Positions 29,051-36,571 of a DNA stretch of 64,000 nt are shown here, piece by piece. This DNA is from an uncultured Flavobacteriaceae bacterium (GTDB taxonomy: Bacteria; Bacteroidota; Bacteroidia; Flavobacteriales; Flavobacteriaceae), in assembly GCA_947498845.1 (NCBI GenBank), contig CANMLX010000022.1:1452-65451 (forward strand), given 5' to 3'. The notes under the pieces are model-generated. The model saw only the letters and a list, made by a program, of their open reading frames with translations, did not search any database and was not told the DNA's origin. Made by a program: the position numbers and the translations under genes. Positions within the stretch are counted from its first letter, which is position 1, and each line of letters starts with the position of its first letter.

Positions 29051-29260
29051 TTAAAGAGATCCAACGGTCTTGCTATAATCAACCTCTTTAAGAGTGCCTT
29101 CAATAACGTAAACCCACTTGCCTACTTTTTTACCTCCTTTGTAATAGGCCGTCACTATTTTTTTACCTTTTTCATCAAAACTCAACCATTCTCCTTCTAA
29201 TTTGCCATCTGCGGTATAAGATCCCAGCTGGGAGATAGTTTGTCCAAGTAACGGCTACCG
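29051..29260 (-). pseudogene. 3' fragment of a YwqK/MORN-like gene (partial copy of 30786-31103)
   Basis: Encodes ...GQTISQLGSYTADGKLEGEWLSFDEKGKKIVTAYYKGGKKVGKWVYVIEGTLKEVDYSKTVGSL* with no start codon; the frame is closed upstream by TAG. 29051-29150 is 98/100 identical to 30786-30885. Confidence 0.75.
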
Positions 29261-29434
29261 CTCGTGTCCTCACGAGTGGCTGCAACAGTAAGAAATAAAA
29301 TAAAGAATTAAGCAATCATAGCACTACAGGTTGCTTTTATTTTTTATGTGTGAGCTTTTTTGATTTTAAAATCCCGAATTAAGTTTTTGGATAAAATTAG
29401 ATACTAATTGGATATATTCATAATACTAATTACA

Positions 29435-29442
29435 TATATTTG
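29435..29442 (+). promoter_or_regulatory. Bacteroidota -7 promoter box (TATATTTG) for the Fic gene
   Basis: Matches TAnnTTTG, 25 nt upstream of ATG 29467. Flanked by GGATA-type direct repeats. Confidence 0.4.
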
Positions 29443-29466
29443 TAATTGGATAAAATCGGATACAAA

Positions 29467-30531
29467 ATGGATATATCTAAAAAAATAGCGTTTCAACCTT
29501 TAATATTTCAGGACATCATACAAAAATTAAGTGTTATAGATACCTTTAAAGGAGGTTGGGATCTTATTGAAAATAAAGAGAAACGTTATTTAAAAGAATT
29601 ACGTGATATAGCTACAATTCAAAGTATTGGTTCATCTACTAGAATAGAAGGGGCAACACTAACTAATGATGAAGTAAAACAATTACTTAAATCTGTAAAG
29701 ATTAGAAAACTGGATAAACGAGAAGAACAAGAAGTTGTAGGGTACTATGAAGCTTTGGAATTTATATTGAAACATTATGAAGATATAAACCTTTCTGAAC
29801 GTTACTTGCATCAATTACATGCTATTCTCTTAAAATATAGTAGTAAAGATCAACGTCACAAAGGGCAATATAAAAACTTATCCAATCAAGTAGTAGCTAA
29901 CTACCCAGATGGTGAACAAAAAATTATATTTAGAACTACCGAGCCACATTTAACAGCCAATGAAATGCATGATTTGATAGTATGGACTAATGGGCAATTG
30001 AAAGAAGAGAAATTGCATCCTATACTTATTACATCTGTTTTTGTTTATGAGTTTTTATCCATTCACCCATACCAGGATGGTAATGGTAGGTTATCAAGAT
30101 TGTTAACTACATTTTTATTATTAAAACAATATTACAATTTCATTGAATACGTATCATTTGAACATGTTATTGAAAACAAAAAGGACATGTATTATAGAGT
30201 ATTGATGGAAACTCAAAAGAATAGAGACACAGATAGTGAAATACTAGACCGTTGGGTGATTTTCTTTTTAGATTGCTTGATAGACCTTACCGAGAAATTA
30301 AAAGCTAAATATCAAACATACAATAATCTAAAAAGTAGCACCAATAATAGACAAAAACAAGTACTCGCTTACATAGAAGAACATAAAACTATTCAGATAA
30401 AAGATTTAGAAGAAAATTTGTCTGATTACTCAAGAAATACACTTAAAAAAGACTTAAAATATTTAGTTCAGGAAGGTTTTATATTGACTACTGGTTCAGG
30501 TCGTGGTGTACGCTATCATGCTAAAGAATAA
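29467..30531 (+). CDS. Fic-family protein (class II, auto-inhibited) with C-terminal winged-helix-like domain
   Basis: Fic motif HPYQDGNGRLSR. N-terminal inhibitory motif S-T-R-I-E-G fits (S/T)xxxE(G/N). C-terminal ~70 aa look like a DNA-binding wHTH. ATG 29467 preferred over TTG 29446. Confidence 0.85.
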   Translation: MDISKKIAFQPLIFQDIIQKLSVIDTFKGGWDLIENKEKRYLKELRDIATIQSIGSSTRIEGATLTNDEVKQLLKSVKIRKLDKREEQEVVGYYEALEFILKHYEDINLSERYLHQLHAILLKYSSKDQRHKGQYKNLSNQVVANYPDGEQKIIFRTTEPHLTANEMHDLIVWTNGQLKEEKLHPILITSVFVYEFLSIHPYQDGNGRLSRLLTTFLLLKQYYNFIEYVSFEHVIENKKDMYYRVLMETQKNRDTDSEILDRWVIFFLDCLIDLTEKLKAKYQTYNNLKSSTNNRQKQVLAYIEEHKTIQIKDLEENLSDYSRNTLKKDLKYLVQEGFILTTGSGRGVRYHAKE

Positions 30532-30785
30532 ACTTGCTAAGTTCGTTAAAAACTTTATATCTGTCTGAAGCTTGTAACTAACATTAGGTCATAAATATAA
30601 AAGTGAACCCGCTTTTAAGTTAGGTGACTGTATAGGTTTTTTTAGTTTTAAAATCACGAATAAGTACTGTCATCCTTTAAAAGAAATTGAAAAAACAAAC
30701 AGAATTATATAATATCATACAAAAAGCATCCCAATCGGGATGCTTTTTGTATGATACTAAAAACATGTCAGATTTAGATGTTATT

Positions 30786-31103
30786 TTAAAGAGACCCAAC
30801 GGTCTTGCTATAATCAACCTCTTTAAGAGTGCCTTCAATAACGTAAACCCACTTGCCTACTTTTTTACCTCCTTTGTAATAGGCAGTAACGACCTTTTTA
30901 CCTTTTTCATCAAAACTAAGCCACTCGCCTTCTAATTTACCATCGGCAGTATAAGACCCAGTTTGGCTTATCTCGCCATTGTCATGATAGTAAACCACGT
31001 CTATTAAGTTGGTGTCTTCGTTTAAGGTTAAAGTACGTTCTTTTTGAGCAAATGTTGATACGCTTATCAATAGTACTGCAATAAGTGTTATATATTTTTT
31101 CAT
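30786..31103 (-). CDS. exported YwqK/MORN-variant repeat protein (orphan immunity-like)
   Basis: Signal peptide MKKYITLIAVLLISVSTFAQ. Repeats DGKLEGEWLSFDEKGKKV / GGKKVGKWVYV. Confidence 0.65.
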   Translation of the reverse strand: MKKYITLIAVLLISVSTFAQKERTLTLNEDTNLIDVVYYHDNGEISQTGSYTADGKLEGEWLSFDEKGKKVVTAYYKGGKKVGKWVYVIEGTLKEVDYSKTVGSL

Positions 31104-31397
31104 AAGTATGTAATGTTTTAGGGGCATATCTAACGCTTCAAGTAATCATTCTATTACAATTAAAAATCTTATTAAAGCTCGTTTTATATGTCTATTATTA
31201 ATTATTTCTATGGCAAATATATATAATAATTAACATTCAAACAACTATTACGTAACATTAAATTAACATTGAAAGTATAAGACACTGATTTTTAGTTTTT
31301 TAATATAGAAAAATAATTAACAAGCAAAGAAAGTATAGTACTACATAATGAGCTAAAATATAGTAAAAGATACCTGTTGTGTATTTGGTTAAAATTC

Positions 31398-31547
31398 TGT
31401 CAATTCGAGTGATTTTTTGTAATGAAATGAAGAAAAATTGTATCGAGAATAAGAATTTTAACTTCTAGAATAGTTCTCGATACACTTTTTAAGCTTCGCT
31501 TGGTATCTTCAATCAAAATATATTTTGATTTCGATAATCTCAAAAGC
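31398..31547. repeat. R2 palindromic-ended repeat, copy 2 (interrupted by IS110; right end at 33090-33103)
   Basis: Left end TGTCAATTCGAGTG. Internal hairpin GTATCGAGAA...TTCTCGATAC. Right-end reverse complement TGTCAGTTCGAGC lies beyond the IS. Confidence 0.6.
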
Positions 31548-31572
31548 ACTACTAATGACGTAACATATTAAT

Positions 31573-32871
31573 TCATTGATTTACAATAACTTTCATATTT
31601 AGTTCGTTTGCTAGTTTTTTAATGTTTTTTTGTTTTCTTACCAAGAGTTCTTCTCTGTAAAGTTGAGCCCCTTTTTTAATATAATCCATACCCTCGATGA
31701 ATAATTTCCAGTAGAGTATAGCTAGTTTCCTTGCCATAGCTTTTATAGCTACCATTGGACCTTTGCGACTTCTTAGCCGCCTACCAAATTCACCGATTGC
31801 CGAGGTCTTACTCTTTATTAGGCTTTGGGCAATATTCCTAAATATTCGCCCTGCCTGGTTGTTTGTTCTCTTTTTCTTGGATCGTCTTTTCTTTCCCGAC
31901 CAGTTCTGACCTGGAGCCAACCCCAACCATGAAGTAAAGTGTTTTTCCGTTTTCCATTTACTCAAATCATGACTAGTCTCTGATAAAAGTTTCATCCAAG
32001 AATAATCTGTGATCCCTTCGATTTTAGTAGCATCGATGTTTTTGAATATAGAAAGCATGTTTGCTCCAAGGTTGTCTACTTGGGGTTTGTTATGGCGAAT
32101 TGGTTTTCTTGGACTCTCAAGATTATCATCACTTTTATTCTTGCCTAAAATCTTGATCTGTTTTTCTATTTCTTGGTCACAGGCTTTGATTTGCATTTGG
32201 TAAAATTGATAACTCTGATAGGCTTGTCGCAAAGCAAAAAGGCCAGACTCTGTATAATAGCCCTCCAGAGATTTTAATACCTTGTCTCTCTTTGTTTTCA
32301 AAATAGAACTATGACAAAGGTTGGCTAGCTTCTGTTTATCCCTTGCTCCAGATAATATAGCCTCAATGATGCGTAGACCACTAACACCATGAATTTGACT
32401 CAATACTTCTTTTAATCTAATGTTCATTTCTAAAAGTGCCTTCTGCATATGTTGTATATGCATAGAAGCACTTCTGATATGATCATCCCGAAGCCGTGTA
32501 TAACTTCTAAGGTTTTTCATATGCTCTTCCAATACAAAACATCTGTTTAATAGCCCATAACTGTGTAATTGTTGGATCCATTGGCAGTCCTTGATATCTG
32601 TTTTGCGACCTGGTACTTGTTTGGTTTCACGACCATCTACTAGCCAAGTCTCAAAACCCATCTCCTCTAAAATCATATAGAGTACCATCCAATAGCTGCC
32701 TGTAGCTTCCATGGCAACGCTCTCTATGCCATGAGACTTTAGGTGGTTCCCGCAACTTATAAAATCTTCTGTAAAGGTGTCAAAAACCTTGACCTGTTCA
32801 TTTTCAATGGCTACAAAAATCTGTTGGGCACCAATATCAATACCTGCTGAATGTTTTCTAATTTTTTTCAT
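31573..32871 (-). CDS. IS110-family (DEDD/RuvC-like + Ser) transposase/recombinase
   Basis: 432 aa. AGIDIG, MEATGSYW, KTDIKDCQWIQQLH (DEDD residues), C-terminal HFTSWLGLAPGQNWSGKK. Confidence 0.9.
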   Translation of the reverse strand: MKKIRKHSAGIDIGAQQIFVAIENEQVKVFDTFTEDFISCGNHLKSHGIESVAMEATGSYWMVLYMILEEMGFETWLVDGRETKQVPGRKTDIKDCQWIQQLHSYGLLNRCFVLEEHMKNLRSYTRLRDDHIRSASMHIQHMQKALLEMNIRLKEVLSQIHGVSGLRIIEAILSGARDKQKLANLCHSSILKTKRDKVLKSLEGYYTESGLFALRQAYQSYQFYQMQIKACDQEIEKQIKILGKNKSDDNLESPRKPIRHNKPQVDNLGANMLSIFKNIDATKIEGITDYSWMKLLSETSHDLSKWKTEKHFTSWLGLAPGQNWSGKKRRSKKKRTNNQAGRIFRNIAQSLIKSKTSAIGEFGRRLRSRKGPMVAIKAMARKLAILYWKLFIEGMDYIKKGAQLYREELLVRKQKNIKKLANELNMKVIVNQ

Positions 32872-33089
32872 ACGATTGTTTTTAATATTTCCACACCCTT
32901 AAAGTGATAGTTCATAGATAAACTACTAAACGGGCTCTAAGCTCCAAAATTCTTTACTCTACTTCAAAGACCCAAACTCGAATACAGGCTGTAATGCACT
33001 AACTGAGATACGGACACACTGTGAGGAAAATATTGTGATATACAAAGTTAAAAACGTCATTCTTTTTTCTTTGTAATTTTTTTCGAGTG
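32872..33089 (-). ncRNA. candidate IS110 bridge (guide) RNA in the 5' non-coding arm
   Basis: Position and length fit the IS110-subgroup layout. It contains an 8-nt copy of the IS 3' terminus (ACTACTAA at 32922-29 = 31548-55). It also contains a 7-nt complement of the 5' terminus (ACTCGAA at 32976-82 versus TTCGAGT at 33082-88). Not folded. Confidence 0.35.
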
Positions 33090-33303
33090 GCTCGAACTGA
33101 CATTTTGATATTTTTTAGATTTCTAAATGCACGACAGGTTAAAAATATATAAATAAGTGTTAGGCATTAATTTTAGTAATTGTAAAATACCTTGATTATA
33201 TTGAGTTACTAATATAAAAATTTAGGTCTTAAAAAATAACGTTTAAATAACAATAAAAACAGTATTAGTTAAGATATTTGCGCACTTATAACCTAACGCC
33301 CTT

Positions 33304-35586
33304 ATGGACAACATTTACTTTTACATGCTTATCGCTATTACAGTATTAGCAGTCGCTGATATTGTAGTTGGTGTAAGTAATGATGCAATAAATTTTTTAA
33401 ACTCTGCCATAGGCTCCAAAGCCATTTCTCTAAAAACCATAATGATTGTTGCCAGTATTGGCATTTTTGTAGGTGCCGTGTTTTCCAGTGGATTAATGGA
33501 GGTGGCCAGAAAAGGCATTTTTGTGCCCGCCCAGTTTAATTTTCATGAAATCATGCTCATATTTATGGCGGTAATGATTACCGACATTCTTTTACTAGAT
33601 TTTTTTAATACGTTAGGCTTACCTACATCTACTACAGTTTCCATAGTGTTTAATTTACTGGGAGCCGCTGTAGTTATGGCTATTATTAAAATTAATGCTT
33701 CAGATACAGAGACTATTGCCAACCTAGGCAATTATATTAACTCTAAAAAAGCAAAAGAAATTATTGGGGGCATCTTGTTATCGGTCGTTATTGCTTTTAG
33801 TATTGGTGCTTTTGTACAATGGATCACACGTTTAATCTTTACCTTTCATTATGAAAAAAAGATTAAAAATTTTGGCGCTTTTTTTGGAGGTTTAGCTTTA
33901 ACCGCTATTCTTTACTTTATTTTTATGAAGGGTTTAAAAGGCACCCCTTATTATAAAGACTTAAAAGGTGTTATTGAAGGCCGTGAACTACTAATTATAC
34001 TCTCAGGTTTTGTATTATTTACGTTGCTTTCTTATGTGTTTCAAAAAATAACTCAAAAAAGCATTCTTATTGTAGTAATAGTAGTGGGAACGTTTGGATT
34101 AGCATTAGCATTTTCTGGAAACGATTTGGTAAACTTTATAGGTGTACCAATGGCTGCTTATCATTCTCACGAGGCCTGGATAGATTCGGGTGTGATTGCT
34201 ACAGACTTTACTATGGGGGTATTGAATAAAAAAATGCCAGCAGAACCTTTTTTGCTATTTATAGCAGGCGCCATTATGGTTGTTACATTATGGTTTTCTA
34301 AAAAAGCAAGAACAGTAGCAGAAACAGAAATAAGTTTATCAAGACAAGGCGCTACACACGAAAAATTTAGTCCCAACATATTGTCCAGAAATATTGTAAA
34401 AGGGATTACCTGGTTATCACAAAACTTAGGAGGGATTGTTCCTGTTGAAACGCAACGTAAAATAGATGCCAGATTTAAAAAAGTTGATACAGTAGCCTTA
34501 ACAAAAGACCAAAGTATAGATGCCCCTGCTTTCGATTTAATAAGAGCATCTGTAAACCTTATGGTAGCAGGCGTGCTTATATCTATTGCTACAACAATGA
34601 AATTACCACTCTCTACAACCTATGTTACTTTTATGGTAGCAATGGGAACATCTTTAGCCGATAGAGCATGGGGATCTGAAAGTGCTGTATACAGAGTAGC
34701 AGGTGTTTTAAATGTTATTGGAGGATGGTTTGGTACTGCATTTGGTGCTTTCACAGCAGCTGGAATCGTGGTATTCTTTATTAATTGGAATCCAATGGTA
34801 ATGACACCTATTTTATTGGTGCTTACAGCTATACTACTCGTAAGAAATTATATTTCTCATAAAAAGAAATCCGACATCATTAAAGATGAAAGTACACTTA
34901 TAAAAGCAGAGAGCAGCTCTATACAGGGTGTAATACATGAGAGTGTTAACAATATAGTAAATGTATTGTCGAGAGGAAACAAAGTATACTCATCTACAAT
35001 TACCGGATTAGCCAAACAAGATTTATCCCTATTAAAAAAGAATAAAAAGAATATTGTAAAACTATCTGATGAAGTAGAAGAATTGCGAGATCATATTTTT
35101 TATTTTATTAAAAATTTAGATGAAACCAGTAGTGTTGGCGCCAGTAATTTTTACATTAATATATTGGGGTATTTACAGGATATGACACAATCTTTAGAAT
35201 ACATATCCAAAGTAAGCCATAAGCATGTAAATAATAATCACAAAAAACTTAGATTCAATCAAATAAAAGAGCTAAGGCAAGTAGATGATGCCATGAATAC
35301 CTTGTTAGAAACTACGATTTCTGCATTTAAATCTATGTCGTTTGAGGAAATAGGGGCTGTACTAAATAATAAACAAGAGCTATTTAATTTAGTGACCGAA
35401 AAAATCCAAAAGCAAGTTGAAAGAACCAGAACAGAGGAATCTAGTCCAAAGAATACAACCTTGTATTTTGGCGTTTTATTAGAAACAAAAGATTTACTAA
35501 AGGCTATCATGGATCTTTTAAACGAATATCACAGCGCTCACGATGCCTCGGTAGCACCAGCTACCATTTCGGGAAGTGATAGATAA
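33304..35586 (+). CDS. inorganic phosphate transporter (PiT/PHO4 family) with long C-terminal cytoplasmic helical domain
   Basis: 760 aa with many TM helices. Duplicated PHO4 signatures GVSNDAINFLNSAIGS and GNDLVNFIGVP. The C-terminal ~230 aa are soluble and helical (PhoU-like by position). Confidence 0.85.
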   Translation: MDNIYFYMLIAITVLAVADIVVGVSNDAINFLNSAIGSKAISLKTIMIVASIGIFVGAVFSSGLMEVARKGIFVPAQFNFHEIMLIFMAVMITDILLLDFFNTLGLPTSTTVSIVFNLLGAAVVMAIIKINASDTETIANLGNYINSKKAKEIIGGILLSVVIAFSIGAFVQWITRLIFTFHYEKKIKNFGAFFGGLALTAILYFIFMKGLKGTPYYKDLKGVIEGRELLIILSGFVLFTLLSYVFQKITQKSILIVVIVVGTFGLALAFSGNDLVNFIGVPMAAYHSHEAWIDSGVIATDFTMGVLNKKMPAEPFLLFIAGAIMVVTLWFSKKARTVAETEISLSRQGATHEKFSPNILSRNIVKGITWLSQNLGGIVPVETQRKIDARFKKVDTVALTKDQSIDAPAFDLIRASVNLMVAGVLISIATTMKLPLSTTYVTFMVAMGTSLADRAWGSESAVYRVAGVLNVIGGWFGTAFGAFTAAGIVVFFINWNPMVMTPILLVLTAILLVRNYISHKKKSDIIKDESTLIKAESSSIQGVIHESVNNIVNVLSRGNKVYSSTITGLAKQDLSLLKKNKKNIVKLSDEVEELRDHIFYFIKNLDETSSVGASNFYINILGYLQDMTQSLEYISKVSHKHVNNNHKKLRFNQIKELRQVDDAMNTLLETTISAFKSMSFEEIGAVLNNKQELFNLVTEKIQKQVERTRTEESSPKNTTLYFGVLLETKDLLKAIMDLLNEYHSAHDASVAPATISGSDR

Positions 35587-35692
35587 GTTGTTATTGTAAA
35601 ATAAATAAGACTTATGGAGTCAAGAAAGTTACATTTCCAAATTAAAGCCGTCATGTTGCTTTATAATATAATTTAAAATCTTATTTATGGCT

Positions 35693-35860
35693 TAACCCAG
35701 ATTTGGAACTTCGTTATGAAGCTTTGAGATACAATAAACACTTACTTTTTCTTGATTTTAGTCCCGCATGTGCGGAAGTGAAATCAAAAAACGCAGTGAA
35801 GCGGTAGAATTTGCAGTAGCTACAAGATGTAATAAATTTTCTATTGCATAAAGTGGGTTT
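35693..35860. repeat. PR1 long palindromic repeat, copy 2 (inverted relative to copy 1)
   Basis: 35761-35860 aligns to the reverse complement of 3596-3697 at roughly 88% by eye. The other arm (35693-35765) is more diverged. Confidence 0.65.
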
Positions 35861-35915
35861 AACATCAGAATTGGTATTGCTGCTATAAAATACGGTAGGA
35901 GCAAATCTAAAAAAC

Positions 35916-35923
35916 TATATTTG
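35916..35923 (+). promoter_or_regulatory. Bacteroidota -7 promoter box (TATATTTG)
   Basis: Matches TAnnTTTG, 40 nt upstream of the ppnP ATG. Confidence 0.35.
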
Positions 35924-35963
35924 CAGCTTTAAATTTTATTACAAAAATCAAAAAATAATAAAT

Positions 35964-36245
35964 ATGATTTCAGCTAACGAATATTTTGAAGGCAATGTAA
36001 AATCTTTAGGTTATAAATCGGCTAAAGGGAACTCCACAGTAGGTGTAATGGAAGCAGGGGAATACGAATTTGGAACGACTACTCACGAAACAATGATTGT
36101 TATTGAAGGAGAAATGACCGTTAAATTGCCAAATGCATCAAATTGGAAAACATATGTTGCTGGTGAACGCTATGAGATTTCGGCTAATGAGAAATTTCAA
36201 GTTAAGGTTGAGACACAAACATCGTATTTATGTCAATATAAATAA
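35964..36245 (+). CDS. ppnP: pyrimidine/purine nucleoside phosphorylase PpnP (DUF1255)
   Basis: 93 aa. NEYFEGNVKSLGY...VGVMEAGEYEFGT...E.M.V..G is typical of PpnP/YaiE. Confidence 0.85.
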   Translation: MISANEYFEGNVKSLGYKSAKGNSTVGVMEAGEYEFGTTTHETMIVIEGEMTVKLPNASNWKTYVAGERYEISANEKFQVKVETQTSYLCQYK

Positions 36246-36492
36246 CCTGAGTTCGACTTAAGAACACTATTTTTAAAAACACAAGCGCTTATATACCAAT
36301 AACTTAACTTATAAAAGTGTGTTATATCGCTCTTGAGGCTATGAAAATATATTAAATTCTAGCTAAAAACCACTAAACACGCCATCTTCTTCCTTAAATT
36401 ACGATAAACTAGCGCGCTAGTCTATCGTAATTATAAGTTGAATCTAGCATGTTTATTGACTTTTATCTATGATTCTTAAATCGAACTCAGGT
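36245..36492. mobile_element. 248-bp MITE, copy A (TA target duplication, ~20-bp TIRs)
   Basis: TIRs ACCTGAGTTCGACTTAAGAA / TTCTTAAATCGAACTCAGGT, flanked by TA (36243-44, 36493-94). Central palindrome TTACGATAAACTAGCGCGCTAGTCTATCGTAA (36399-36430). No ORF. Confidence 0.8.
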
Positions 36493-36520
36493 TAAATTGA
36501 GTAATGTAATGCAAATAAAA

Positions 36521-36554
36521 ATGCGTTGTTATCAATTGATAACAACGCATTTTT
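36521..36554. terminator. bidirectional terminator downstream of the GH2 gene
   Basis: Perfect 13-bp stem ATGCGTTGTTATC-AATT-GATAACAACGCAT with flanking A-run and T-run. Confidence 0.7.
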
Positions 36555-36571
36555 ATTTAAGTGAATACCAT

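Larger units (their letters stand above)
31548..33089 (-). mobile_element. IS110-family insertion sequence (~1.54 kb)
   Basis: DEDD-type transposase ORF, with 218 nt of 5' and 25 nt of 3' non-coding sequence. GC dinucleotide on both flanks (31546-47, 33090-91). Sub-terminal inverted AATGACGT/ACGTCATT (31554-61 / 33054-61). Boundaries are inferred from the repeat it interrupts. Confidence 0.65.

Noticed and set aside
33001-33009. AACTGAGAT in the IS110 arm, combining 6-nt matches to both target flanks, considered as a target-binding guide
   Set aside because: The two 6-mers overlap by 3 nt. The target is itself partly palindromic, and 6-nt matches are expected by chance in AT-rich DNA. Kept only as a weak note under the bridge-RNA finding.
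33321-35510. Several 60-85-aa minus-strand ORFs inside the PiT transporter gene
   Set aside because: All are antisense to a continuous 760-aa transporter ORF with duplicated PHO4 signatures.
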